From: Octopus sinensis
Taxonomy: Eukaryota
Reading direction: 5' to 3'
Assembly (NCBI RefSeq): GCF_006345805.1
Contig: NC_043000.1
Coordinates: 6,696,001-6,760,000, forward strand
Length of the DNA stretch: 64,000 nt
Positions 24,845-38,244 of this stretch are shown here, in pieces. The position numbers were made by a program, and so were the translations under genes. The notes below the pieces were generated by a model, which saw nothing but the letters and a program-made list of their open reading frames with translations, was not told where the DNA came from and did not search any database. Position 1 is the first letter of the stretch. Each line of letters begins with the position of its first letter.

Positions 24845-24957
24845 TTGTTTTGTTTTGGGGTGCATAAACAAAAATATTTGCTTTCACTCCCACATGTGAT
24901 GCTCCTACATAAAGCTGGCCATGAGAAAAGCATGGTTCTTGAAGTGCAATCCAGCAA
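24845..24957 (-). mobile_element. Helitron Pif1-helicase C-terminal remnant
   Basis: Minus translation LQEPCFSHGQLYVGASHVG...IFVYAPQNKTK matches the Helitron motif PCFSHGQLYVACSRVG...LFVxAPxxKTKNIVY. Confidence 0.8.
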
Positions 24958-26390
24958 TTCTCTCTCACACACTGTCTTGCAACACAAAACATTTCAAGTC
25001 TTTGGCCCTCACGACACAGAACATTGGCAATTTTTTCTTATCTGCTTCCCTTCTGGCAATCTGGTACAATTCCTTGTTACCACCGTTTTGCCAGTTCTTC
25101 CATGCCTGTTTCTTTTCCTTAATGGCTCTTTCAACTACATTGTTCCACCACCACGTTACTTTTGGTTGAGAGGGGACTTTGCACCATCCACAGATCTGGT
25201 CAGTAGCCCTCAACAGGTTGTCCTGTAGAAACCTCCAGTTGTTTTCCACATCATGTGATGCTATATCCCTCTCTATTTTGTCAAAAACTCTAAGTAATAC
25301 ATCTCTAAATCTCTGTCCATTCGCAGGATCCTTAAGCTTCCAAACCCTTCTTCTCTATGCTGGCTATCTTCTTGGCATCCATTTAACCCTGATCCTGAAG
25401 TCACTAACTACTAATCTATGTTGTGGGGTATATTCTTCACCTGGGAAGGTTTTGGCATTTATAAGTAGCCATCTTTCCCTTTTTCTGGCAAGGATGTAAT
25501 CAATCTGACTAGTGTGTCTGCCAGATCGGTAGGTGAATAGGTGGCTGGCAGGTTTCCTGAAGTTGGTATTACAAACCATAAGATCATTTGCATTACAGAG
25601 CTCCAGCAGCCTGGTTCCCTCCTCATTGCGGGAACCAAAACCATAGCTTCCATGTGCACCATGGAAGCCCCCTGCATGTTGTCCAACATGTCCATTGAAG
25701 TCGCCAACTACAAAGAGAAGCTCCCTGTCATTCGTCAATGAGGTAGTCTGCAAGAGGGTTTCATAAAATCAGCCTTTCTGTTCATCAGGTAACCTCAGTT
25801 GAGGAGCATAGGCCGAGATAATGGTTGCTAAACCATGTTGCAGCACTAAGCTAATCTTAAGTGTTCTTTCATAGATTCTGACTACCTCAATTACCTTATC
25901 AACCCACTCCTCCGCAAGAAGTATACCCATGCCCCCGACCCTATCAGTGTTCCCTGCCCAGAAAATCTTATACCTATGTTCTTTGCCTGTGAGGAACCTG
26001 GATGCAGCACAAATCTATACATCTCCGTTCAAGCATCTCAACAATCTCACCAGACCTACCTTTCAGTGTGCCAACGCTGAGGGTGTGAGAGGTGTGCACC
26101 CTTGAGACCCTGGGATGGGGAAAAGCAGCACCATGTACCTGAAAAGAAAGCTCACATTTGGCAGGACTCATAAACATACAATAGCCTTCAACCTGCATAC
26201 ATTATACTATCAGTTTTTGTCCACTACATAATCGCTACATTTCATAGGAAATAAACCCTAAGTGGGGATGGAGGGAACATCAAGCCTTTGTGAGTTTTCT
26301 TGGAAGAGACATCCGATGATAGAGGTCAGAGGATAGAAACTTCTGGTACAGATGGCGAGGGTGGAAAGAAGAAGGACACCCCCATATATA
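24958..26390 (-). mobile_element. RTE-type LINE 5' portion (5'UTR plus AP-endonuclease), 3'-truncated and decayed
   Basis: Minus frames give LSVGTLKGRSGEIVEMLERRCIDLCCIQ, GDFNGHVG...GSRNEEGTRLLELC...SQIDYIL and WWWNNVVERAIKEKK, with frameshifts. Confidence 0.9.
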
Positions 26391-27656
26391 TATATATATT
26401 ATGTGTGTGTGGGTGTTTGAATGTGTCTGTCACCACACTACTACTTGAGATCTGGTGTTGATTCATTTATGTCCCTATAACTTAGAAGTTTGGCAAAAGA
26501 CACAGATAGAATAAATACCTGGATTGACAAGATTAAGTATTGGAGCTGATTCATTAACTTAAAATTCTTCTTTAATGACTGAAACAAGTAAAAGCTAAAA
26601 ACAAAAGATAATACAATTCTATCTTTCCGAGATGAGGTATTATATTATATATACTATTTACATTAGTATACAGCAGCCAAAACATAGTGAAAGCAACAAT
26701 CAAGATGAAGACACCAGTTCAACTAATACTAACCATTTACATATTACTGACTAGTTTCTCTCTTACATCCAAATGTTACAGCAATTTTATTTCAAATATT
26801 CTAGATTGAATTTCATTTTCAGATTCCTCAGGTGAATTCCCTATGGTAAAAACAGTAAAAAGCTTTTCCTTGATATTTTCTTTGATGCAAGAAGTTCATA
26901 TTCTGCATTTTCTATCTCTGCTGGAATACGTCCATGTCGTGGAGAAAAGATTGAATGCATTCATTGTCTATTTATTTATAGTATCACTTGTTTCAAAATA
27001 CTTGCTGCAAAGATTTCTCTCCCTTAGACATCACAGAGTCAGGCATCGTAGAGCTGTGTGCTTTATTCATTAACACCAATCAAAATGTACTAATACATCA
27101 GACATATTATACAGGAAATTAGTGCAAAAGAAAAAACAAATTATTGATCCTAAAAGCTGTTTTCTTCTTTCTTTCCTTGCTTTTTTTTTTTTTATATATT
27201 TGTTGGACTGATGACTACATGCACTGACATTCAGATCTTACTACTATCATTATATTTTTTCTCTGAGCAAGGCACCTAACCCTCTTTTTTATTAATGGCT
27301 TAGTCAGAGGAGGAGGGGAAGCATCTATGACCTTTACAAGGCCTCTAAGACTGGGGTAGGGGAATTGAGGAAGAAACCATGACTCATTGTTACTGCAGTA
27401 AAATGTGATGCATTGAGTTACCAAGTGATTCTCTGACGGATGACCTGGTCCAGATATTTGTGACAAAAATGGATTCTACTAAAATGCACTCTGAGATCAA
27501 GAAATGGTGTTAGATTGGAGAATGGATGAAGCTAAGTCAAAGCATACAAGGACTGGTTCAGACCTGTAAGCTTCCACCAAATTCCATTTGCAAGGCTTGC
27601 ATTAACCTGAGACTAAGGCTGAACATACTTGCCTGGGAAAACACTCAGTGGAATCG

Positions 27657-27832
27657 TCGTCATTGTCATCATCATCATCATCATCATCCTCATCATCATC
27701 ATCTTCATCATCATCATCATCACCACCACCACCACCACCATCATCATCATCACCACCACCACCACCACCACCACCATCATCATCATCACCACCACCACCA
27801 CCACCACCACCACCACCATCACCATCATCATC

Positions 27833-27878
<46 letters not shown>

Positions 27879-27902
27879 CCACCACCACCACCACCACCAC
27901 CA

Positions 27903-27934
<32 letters not shown>

Positions 27935-27971
27935 CTATCGTTGTCATCGTCATCATCATCATCATCATCAT
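27657..27971. repeat. Compound (CAT)n/(CAC)n trinucleotide array
   Basis: About 310 bp of interleaved CAT and CAC blocks, abutting the TTTAACGTCC end of a dispersed repeat. Confidence 0.97.
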
Positions 27972-28986
27972 TTAACGTCCATTTTCTAAGCTGGCATTGG
28001 TTGGATGATTTGACCAGAGCTGGCCAGCCAGGGAGCTGTCCAGACTCCGATTCTCTGTTGTAGCATGGTTTCTACCATTGGCTGCCCTTCCCAACACCAA
28101 ACACTTCACAAAGTGTTCTGGGTGCTTTCTAGATGCCACCAGCATTGGTACAAGAGCATTCTATGTGGCACTGGCACCGGCAAAGGACAAGCCTGTATGA
28201 GAGGACAATCTTGTATGTCAAATATCAAATATCAACCTACATTACTATGAAGTAAACTTTCCAACCATGTAGCCAAGCCTGTACCTGTTGACCCCATTTT
28301 ACCTGAGTGAATAGCAAATAGATTTTACTCTTTCACAATTGTTTAGCTTCAGGCTGATCTTGTTTGAAGTGAGCTATGATCAAAAGCATTCCAGTCTTGA
28401 TCATCCCATCTTTTTCCTGTGCAAAGGGAACCCAGGATCACATTATATAGCATCTTTGTTTCTGTTTTATTCTTATACAGTATGGAGTGATTTAAAAGAG
28501 ATTTGGTTGCTGTTTCTAACTGGTTAATCAACCACATAGAAGCTTCCTAGTTTCTTATGGTTGAGTTGTTATCAGTATGAAGGATAACAAGCCTTCCAAC
28601 CTAGGGTTTATTTATTGAAGCACTAATCAGGAAAGAAACTATGTAAAAACTATTCTTTTTATTATAAAATTTATCATAGTTCTAATCCGAGAGCAGGAAA
28701 TTTAAACTGGGAAAAAAATAAAACTTTGTTTATTGTTATATACTTTAGTGTTTCTCAATTTATCATTAATGGACTTAAAGTAGGGGGAAAAAGAATTATG
28801 GAAAATTCCTTGTCGTTGTATGGTAAGAAGTTTGCTTCCCAACCATATGGTTCCAGGTTCAGTCCTTCAGCGAGAAACCTTGAGCAAGTGTCTTTTGTTA
28901 TAACCTTGAGATGACCAAAACTTTATGAGTAGATTTAGTTGATGGAAACTGAAAGAAACTGTTGTGTGTGTGCACATGCGTGTGTG

Positions 28987-29030
<44 letters not shown>

Positions 29031-29857
29031 CAACCACACCGCAACTTAACTACTTGTGTAGATTTGTATACATTCCTGTGACTTAGCAATTTAGCAAAAG
29101 AGACTGATAGAATAAGTACCAGGTTTAAAAAAAACAAAAGCAAGTACTGTGGTCAATCCATTTGACTGAAAATTCTTCAAGGTGGTGCCCCAGCATGGCC
29201 ACAGTCTAATGACTGAAACAGGTACAAGCCAGAAGATAAAAGATATTTCCTTATATTTATAAATTACTTAATTATCTCTTTTCAGAGACTGATGGGACAC
29301 ATATATTCCATGAATCTAACCTAAAAACTTAGTGAGAGATACATGCCTCCTGAAAGCCATTGTGGTTAAGAAACTCGCTTTGCAACCATGTAGTTTCGCG
29401 TTCAGTCCCACTGTGTGACACCTTGGGCAATGCCATCTACTATAGCCCTGGACTGACCAATGCCTTGTGAATGAATTTGGTAGATGGAAACTGTGGGAAG
29501 CTCATCATATGTATGTATGCATGTGTGAATGTGTATGGATGTATGCATGTGCAAGTATGTATGTGTGTGTGACATACATATGTATTTATGTACATATGTA
29601 GGTATATATGTATGTATGTAAAGCGTGTGTGATGTATTTGTTGCATGTATGCAGGTGTATGTGTGTATATTTGTATTTGCATACTTTCCACCACTGCTTG
29701 ACAACCAGTGTTGGTTTGTTTATGTCCCTGTAACTTAGCAATTCAGCAAAAGATACCAATGGAATAAATACCAGACTTCAAAATATATATATATATATAT
29801 ATATATGTATCTATATGTTAGAAGTATTGGGTCTGATGTACAGATTTAATACATATA

Positions 29858-30063
29858 AAGGAAAAAGGTGTTCAGAATGCTGGATGGTTGTAAAAAAATA
29901 TATATTTATTTACATATCACATATTATTTCTTCATATTAGCGCTTTCAACTACTCCTCGAGACTACAGGAGTAGTTGAAAGCGCTAATATGAAGAAATAT
30001 GTGATATGTAAATAAATATATATTTTTTTACAACCATCCAGCATTCTGAACACCTTTTTCCTT
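29858..30063. repeat. Near-perfect inverted repeat with ~100-bp arms and a 9-nt loop
   Basis: Centre ...TTCAACTACTCCT-CGAGACTAC-AGGAGTAGTTGAA...; arms 29858-29957 and 29967-30063 appear to differ only by one 3-nt indel. Confidence 0.95.
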
Positions 30064-32214
30064 CATATATATACGTGTGTGTGTATATATATATGTACTG
30101 AGGATGATTTGTTCAATTAAAACCCTTCAAGACATCACCCTAGTTGGCTGCAGTCTAAAGAGCAAAACAAACAAAAGGTATAAAAGATATCAATGCAAAT
30201 TTGACTTCATTTTTATAGCTTACACAGTTATGACATTGTCTTTTCACAAGTGACAATAATGAAGCCAGTCAGAACCTGTTGCCCCAGATTCGTGTGAGAG
30301 AGGTTATGTTTACAATTCTCTTTAGAAATTGGTCTATTATATCTTATATCTTTTATTTTTTACTTGTTTCAGTCATTAGACTGTGGCCATGCTGAAGTAC
30401 TACCTTGAAGGGTTTTAGTCAAATGAATATTAGGCCTCACCGAGGCAATGACTAATGACCAAGACTTTTGGAAATATGCTGTGCTTGAGAAGACCTGGAA
30501 AACCAAATGAGACCATAACCTCGTGGCCTATGCCAGGGGTGTAACCAGCCCACTTATGCGTACCTTTCATTCATTGGACACTGCTTGCGAAGACCTGCTG
30601 AGGCAAGTGAAATCGAAATCAAATTTGATGACTGGCATCCATGCTAGTGGAGCACTAAGAGCACCATCTGAGTGTGATTGTTGCCAGAGCGGCTAATTGG
30701 CTTCCGTGCAGGTGGCACGTAAAAGGCACCATTCCAGCGTGATCATTACCAGCGTCACCTTACTGGCACTTGTGCCGGTGTGCAGGTGGCACGTTAAAAA
30801 AAACACCATTTGGGCGTGGCCCTTGCCAGTATCTCCTGACTGGCCCTTGTGCCGGTGGCACATAAAAGCACCCACTACACTCCCAGAGTGGTTGGCGTTA
30901 GGAAGAGCATTCAGCTGTTGAATCCTTGCCAGATCAGATTGGAGCCTGGTGCAGCCATCTGGTTCACCAGTCCTCAGTCAAATCGTCCAACCCATGCTAG
31001 CATGGTAAGCGGATGTTAAACGATGATGATGATAGACATATTATACCTTTTTCAAATCCTGATGATCCCAGGATTGAAAATCTGCTCTTCCATTGGTTTT
31101 TGAACATCCAGCATTGGGATCTGATTCAAAAGCATTTGGGTTACTATTTCTATCAGGTAAAGCCTAACTGATTCACATCATCTTGGTTGGTGTTGATCAG
31201 GTGACATCAGAAATCAAGGACAAGATAAATGACATTCGCTTCATTAATTTTGTCAAGCTAAGAACTTTGGGAAAAATTGGCCAACAGTTGGAATTCAAAT
31301 TCTGACTGGAATAATAGAATGATTGCATTACAGAATTAATTCTCATCCGACCTTAACCTCTGACCAAACACCACTGGGGCATATAGTCGTTATAGATGTA
31401 TTATAGCCATGCTATTTAGCTCTTTTTAGTTTTGGGCCCGGGTCCAATTAGCCCTCCACATGAGCTAGCTTAAAAGTTTGCAAAGAGTGCGACTTTTAAG
31501 CAAGTATTCAATAAATTTGGAAAAATAATCTATTGTTTGCTATTGTTTGCTATTGTTTGAAACATAACTTAGTTCCTACATAAGATTTCAATAGACACTT
31601 TTAGTTTAAATGCAAAGAATCTGAAACAGGATGTTTTCTATTATAGAAACAAATGTAATTTGGTATCTGAAAGGTTAAATGATATCATGACTTCCAAGTT
31701 TAAATTTTACTTTTACCTTTTATGTTCTTTCTTTTCTGAAAAAAAAAAGAAAAGAAAAAAGAAAAAGGAAGAACTCTGAAGAGTTGATGTTGAACTTAAA
31801 CTCGGAACATATAACAAACAATAAATATAAAATGAACAACCAAATTAAAAATTCAAGAGATTCGCAACAAAGCAATTCAATACTCCAAAGAAAAAAACAA
31901 CACTCTGTGAGCATTTCTAGATTCTATGACAACAGGAATTCTGTTTGTTTTTTTTAATTCTTTGAAATCAGTAGAGAGTGAACTCTTAAGTGTCTTGGGT
32001 GAAACTGGGTCAAATGAAGTCATTCGGTTAATAATCTGGAGAAGGAAAAGATAAAAAAATATTGCTTCCAGAATACTTGATGCAAAAAGAAAATTTTAAA
32101 TGTCATGGAAAATTTTTCATAAAAACACTTGAGTAAAATTTAGAGCTTGTCTGAGGTATATGTGGAACAAACTTCAAACTGACCGCTATTTTTTTAATCT
32201 GTAGGCACACAGAT

Positions 32215-32860
32215 AAGGCAGTGGGCTGGCAAATTTGTTAGCACATCAGGCAAAATGCTTGGCAGCATTTTGTCCGTCTTCACATTCTGAGTTTAAATTC
32301 CACTGAGGTCAACTTTGCCTTTCATCCTTTTGAGGTTGATAAAATAAGCACCAGTCGAACACTGGAGTCAATGTAATTGACTTAACCACTCCTCTGAAAT
32401 TGCTGGCCATGAGCCAAAATTTGAAATCAATATGTAGGTATACAAAGGTGACGAGCTGGCAGAAACGTTAGCACGCTGAGCGAGATGCTTAGCGGTATTT
32501 CCTCTGCTGCTACATTCTGAGTTCAAATTCCACCAAGGTCGGCTTTGCCTTTCATCCTTTCGGGATCGATTAAATAAGTACCAGTTATGCATTGGGGTCG
32601 ATAGAATCGCCTTAATCCATTTGTCCTTGTTTGTCTCCTCTGTGTGTAGCCCCTTGTTGGCAGTAAAGAAATAAGAAACATTAGCATGCCAGGTGAAATA
32701 CTTAGCGGTATTTCATCTGTCTTTAAATTCTGAGTTCAAATTCTGCTGAGGGTTGACTTTGCCTTTTATCCTTTCAGGGTCGATAAATTAAGTACCAGTT
32801 GCATACTGGGTTCGATCTAATGAACTGGCCCTCACCCCAAAAATTCTGGGTCTTGTGCCT
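32215..32860 (+). mobile_element. Cluster of SINE family 2 copies (monomer plus dimer)
   Basis: Three successive ...CTGAGTT(C/T)AAATTC...TTTGCCTTT...AAGTACCAGT modules. Confidence 0.8.
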
Positions 32861-33291
32861 AGATAGAAAAGAATATGTAGGTATAGAGATAAGGTATATT
32901 GTAATTTTAGTGTTTTTGTCTCATTCTTTAAGAGATCAACTAGTTTTGATTTTGTTTTTGTTTTTCTACAAACTCAAATGAATGAATTTCCATTTGCAAT
33001 GCATTCCCACTGGACCTTGTACGTTGGATGTAAATCTCTTTGCCACAAGATACGAGTCAGATGACTGTGCTCAGGTTGTTTTATGGAAAGAAACCACACT
33101 TATGTCCATCTAAGTTGAAAATTTCACATGAAGTTAAATGATTGTCTACTGATAACACATATGTATATGCACTAGTGTAGCAAGAGTGTGTGCCACCCAG
33201 AGCGGCCCTTCCATTTTCCGCCCCTGGATCCCACAAAAAGCACATATTGCCTACAGCAATAGCCTACAACAGGATGAAAAGTGCCACCCCT

Positions 33292-33520
33292 TTAACCCTT
33301 TTGATACAAACCCAGCTGTAACCGGCTCTGGCTCTGTAGTACAAATGTCTTGTTTTCATAAGTATCAAATTAAAATCTTCCACCAAACCTTAGTCACAAT
33401 TATGTTCCTAACACTAGATTAATGATAACTAAGTTATTTTACTAAATTCTTTGTTATATTTAAAATTAATTGAAAGAAACACAAAGCTTCTCAAAATAAA
33501 TACAGTAACGAAAGGGTTAA
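33292..33520. mobile_element. piggyBac-like MITE (221 bp) with TTAA target duplication, nested in another TIR element (33170-33572)
   Basis: TTAA|CCCTTTTGATAC...GTAACGAAAGGG|TTAA. The host element has CACTAGTGTAGC...GCTACACTAGTG ends and AAAAGTGCCACCC repeats on both sides of the insertion. Confidence 0.8.
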
Positions 33521-36004
33521 AAGTGCCACCCAGAGCAGACCACCCCTACCGTTTCCACTAGCTACACTAGTGTGAATATGTATGACAGGTGATACGCAAG
33601 TGTTACTTATATTCTACAATGTTAATCTGCATAGAATATGGAGCAGAAATGAAATATGAAAGCAGTTAAGGGACATTAAATGCAGCAGCTAATATGTGCA
33701 GGAGTTCTGTAGGCATTGGTAAGGGACATACGATTGAAAGAGACAATACTTGCTGGGTAAAAAAAAAAAGAAAAAAAACCTGCCCAGTCCTGCTAATGGG
33801 AAAGATTCAGGAAGAAGTAATGAACTTTGGCTTCAGAGTTGAGGAAGCCAAACAGGAACTGAATGAATTTTAATCTTTTTTCAAACTGATGTGATCAATA
33901 CAAAAGATGGTGGACTGACAGAACTGTTCATATCAGACAAAATAATTTGTGGTATTTAGTTATGGTGCTTTGTACTCAAATCCTGCTGAGATAAACTTTG
34001 TTATCATCCTTCTGGAGTTCATAAAAGTAGCAGTCTGGAATCAATATGATAGACTTCAAGCTTATGGACAGTCTGTTCAGATCAGAAATAGATAGTTGTA
34101 GCACTATTTTCAGACAGCGTGTCTGAAAATGTTACGAGAATATGGAAAATGATATGAGGATATGCAACATGAATGCCTGCTGGCATTATATTGTCAAAGA
34201 TAAAATGTGGAGAAACAGAAAGAATTGCAGAAATATTTATTTAAATGATAGCTATAATGAAGATTACGATCTCTCAATATTTTTCGTTTGTTTGTATTTT
34301 TCTCTACATCCAAATTTTTTTGTGTCATATCTATCTGTTTAATACATCTTATTTTATCATGCATTAACTACAACCTTGACTGCCCTAGACTTGCTAGAAA
34401 TAGTAGCCAGATATCACATCTCACCATCTTTAAAAGAAAGGACACATTAGATAATGTAATCTTAGATACTCCTAAACATACAGGATCCACAGAGCTGGAA
34501 TATTCATGGTCATAGGTCTGCTCGATCAGGACTGACCTGGCACTAAAACAACAACAACTATAATAACTATACTTCTGGTGAGTAACAGTCAATAGTGTTT
34601 CACCATTATATTGTACAATTAATATTTGAAGATGGAACTGATATACAAAACATTGACAGTAACAGCTGTTAAATAATTTAGCTAATTATCAATATGGCTG
34701 GGGGAAAGTACCTGAGGGGAATGTTGAGAAAACTAAAAACATACACAGTAGGATGCATATGTAATATATTGAATTTTAAAAAACCTCAATTAACTGAGAT
34801 TACTCAATGCTGCTAAATAAGCAAAAGCTTCCTCTAAGGGGTGTTTAAAATTTAAAAACAGCTAGCAAGGGAAATAACTCCAATAAACTCAACCAACAGA
34901 AGTTTCTGGAAAAGAAATCAGATGTAGATGGGAATGGATTTTATCCTTAAATTTGGCTAATTACTTGACTAATACTATAACAAAGTGAAGGCATACAGCT
35001 TCGTGGTTAGGATGTTTGTCTCACAATCACAATGTCATGAGTTCAATTCCTGACTGCTCAACGAGTTGATCCAATCTACATAACTATATTGTCCTAAAAT
35101 CTCAATCAATTAACTGGAGTTATCTCTCTTGCTTGTTTTTAGAGTTTAACCATCTCTAGAGGTTACTAATTGCATGAATAAGCTCTACTGATCAAAGCTT
35201 TTCAAAATTACTATATTACATATGTGAGACTCTACTGTATTTGCATCTAGTAATGTATTGTTCCAGTCTATTCAGCTAAAAATGGGTCCCGGCCTTGAGC
35301 TAGCACAGCCCTCTCCTTCCAGCAGTTACATCCTAGATGGACCTGTGAGTCAAAAAAATAAAAGAATCAAAAGGCTATCCATATCTGCTTAAGACTACAT
35401 GGGTATATCTTTATGCAACTGCCATCATTCGTATACAATGCATACCATGGTCCATGATTTGTGGTGGAACAGGGACAGCTTGGTGAATAGGGACAATAAA
35501 AGAAAATTAAAATACTAATGTCAGCATAGTAAGAGCTCTACCATCCATCCAGGGGCATAAGATCATTCAGAAGACCAGAGCTCTTATCATGCTGACATGC
35601 TGATATTAGTTAGCATTTTAATTTTCGTTTTTTTGTCCCTATTCACCAAGCTACCCCTATTTTCCCCAAATCACAGTAACCATACCAGATTAATCCTTCT
35701 CTTGCACATTACACCTGATGCCTCTTACAGCATCCAGATTTACTATCAACTCATTTTTACTCAGTCATTCATGCACACTGATATTAAGCATTTAGTCGAA
35801 CATGTTTGTTTTATTTCTTTCCCATCTTTGCCAATCTTCTGCCTACAATTCTTCTTTCCTACTTTGCAGCACTGCACTTTGTAAGTCATGTAAACTGTGT
35901 GGAATATGGTTCGCTGAGAAGGTCTGCTATGACTGGAATCAAAGGTGTATATTCTGGGTGCGCTGTGTGTGCACTGCAAATCCATTGAAAATGACAAATT
36001 CATT

Positions 36005-36420
36005 AATTTACTCTTTTATTTGTTTTAGTCATTTCACCGCGGCCATGCTGGAGCACCACCTTTAGTCGAGCAAATTGACTCCAGGATTTATTTTTTGTAA
36101 GCCTAGTACTTATTCTATCAGGCTCTTTTGCTGGGCCACTAAGTTACAGTTGTCAAGCAATGTTGAGGGGGACAAACACAGACACATATATATCATCATC
36201 ATCATCATCATCGTTTAACGTCCGCTTTCCATGCTAGATACATATACATATATACGACGGGCTTCTTTTAGTTTCTGTCTACCAAATCCACTCACAAGGC
36301 TTTGGTTGGCCCGAGGCTATAGTAGAAGACATTTTCCCAAAGTGCCATGCAGTGGGAATGAACCCGGAACCATGTGGTTGGTAAGCAAGCTACTTACCAC
36401 ACAGCCACTCCTACGCCTAT
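36005..36420 (-). mobile_element. SINE family 3 (GGCGTAGGAGTGGCTGTGTGG head, internal microsatellite)
   Basis: Colinear with the 61930 and 62822 copies; the centre is interrupted by a (CAT)n tail fragment. Confidence 0.8.
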
Positions 36421-36589
36421 TTAATCAGAAATCTTTATGGAAAACTTTTGTTATACCACTGCTTGAAATTTGATGACATCAGGTGTGGCAGCACACTCAA
36501 TAAAACAACCACCATATACTACTGATTGGAATATATTCATGGCTTTCACCATTTAGCTCCTATCTATTGTTATATTTGTTTCAGACAAT

Positions 36590-36830
36590 TCTTTCTCTCA
36601 AAAAGTTCAAGTCTTTCATGACATTTTTGAAGTCTTCTATTAATAACTCATCCTCACAAGTACTTTGATCAATATACATTATTATGGGTCATATGACATG
36701 AGAATTCCTATGGCTCACAATCCACAAAGTGTGCTCACTCACTAATTCATCTTTGCTTCAATAGCAGTGACCAGCATATCATATCCTCCACTCTTGAATG
36801 ATTATTCTTTTATTCTTTTACTTGTTTCAG
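36590..36830 (-). mobile_element. Degenerate RTE LINE 3' end
   Basis: Minus translation YAGHCY*SKDELVSE..LW...IMYIDQ...EDFKNVMKD follows the FAGHCxRSKxELxS..LLW...TYIDQL..DL..AMxDR pattern. Confidence 0.6.
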
Positions 36831-37543
36831 TCATTTAACTGTGGCCATGCTGGAGCACTGCCTTAAAGGGTTTTAGTCCAAGAAATCGACCCCAAGATTT
36901 ATTCTTTCTCATTCAGAGATTTATTATTGCTTGTTTACACTTTTTCGGGATCAGTGACTTTTCGTCACTGGAAAAAGGATATATATATTTGCATTGGGAC
37001 CCCTTCGCATCAAAGACCAGTGATTGTTGTGTGCTGAGGACGGGTAAATACCCAGAAACCCGGGTCCATGTGTATCCCGTCAGGTCAACGATGGGAAGCA
37101 TGTCTTCCCATTGCAAATACTGATAGGGCACAGAAAGTGTGTCAATAGCCAGCTGGAGATGTTCTCCTGGGGCTACAAGCTACAGTAGCGTCCACTCTTA
37201 GTGGCTAGCCACATTTAAGTGGCAAAAATACTTCATATATATATATATATATATACACACACATATATATGTATATATATATACACACACATGACCACGT
37301 GTGTATCGTTGGCGATTTTCTTTCTCTGTCTTCCCTTCCTTGGACCTTTCCTTTTTCTATGTTTCTGACGAAGACCAGGCTTCACCACTTTCTCTAAAGT
37401 CTTCCTTAGTTTTCTTCTCTTACACGCTTCATTTCCTTTGAACAAATGTTACATCTTTATACAGCTATCATCTTCCATAAGTAATCACAGTCCCATACAA
37501 CTGCAATCATTTTTTGTACACCACACCAGACTGATTCCTTTAA

Positions 37544-37896
37544 CTGGGGTGTGCTGAAAAGTTTCTGGTTTCAGGTAAAAGAAAATACCAGAGGATCAGT
37601 TAGTTATGATTTTATTCATATTCTGACAAGCATGTACCTGACTCATACACTCTTCACTTCCCAGACATTTGTACATTACTGCATATGCTTTATACACACT
37701 TTTGACAAGTTGTGGTGCACCTAAGCACTGTATACAATAATTTCATTATTATTATATTATTCCCCTCTCAGATTTACACACTTATTGCAGGGGGTCCTTC
37801 AGTTTTCTAAGACCTGCAAAAGAGCTCAGAAGGCTGGGGCTCCAGACAGGCCTTTTGCAATACCTTTAAAACAAAGAACTTTTCAGCACCCCTGTA
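37544..37896. mobile_element. Short mariner-type MITE interrupted by a CR1/L2 LINE 3' tail (~37622-37760)
   Basis: Ends CTGGGGTGTGCTGAAAAGTTTC and GAACTTTTCAGCACCCCTGTA. The inserted segment matches the 3'UTR and (TTA)n tail of the 2308-3616 LINE. Confidence 0.75.
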
Positions 37897-38244
37897 TGTT
37901 TAGTTTTTCTTCCAGCTCATTTGTGTTGGACATTGTAAGCATTGCTTGGTTAAGAGAAAAAAAAACATTCTAAAAAATCCACGTGATCTGAGTACTTTTT
38001 GGAAGATAAAAGTTAAATATTTTGCTACTGTTCTCATGAAAGGAAATTCATTTTGGTAACATGGTCGTTCCATTCTTTTGGACTATGAACAACAAACATG
38101 TACACATGCAAACCAGACACACTTGGGCCACAACCAACATCTTTCTATGGGAGGTAACTCTTATTCCTCTCTTAGTAACTATTGTAACTCTTCTTAACGT
38201 TTTCATTCCAGTTCTTTTTACTATCACCAAACCAATCATGACAA

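Noticed and set aside
27526-28063. Poly-His, poly-Met/Val, poly-Ile/Thr and poly-Ser/Pro ORFs
   Set aside because: All are translations of one (CAT)n/(CAC)n array, open in several frames on both strands, with no flanking coding signal or splice structure.
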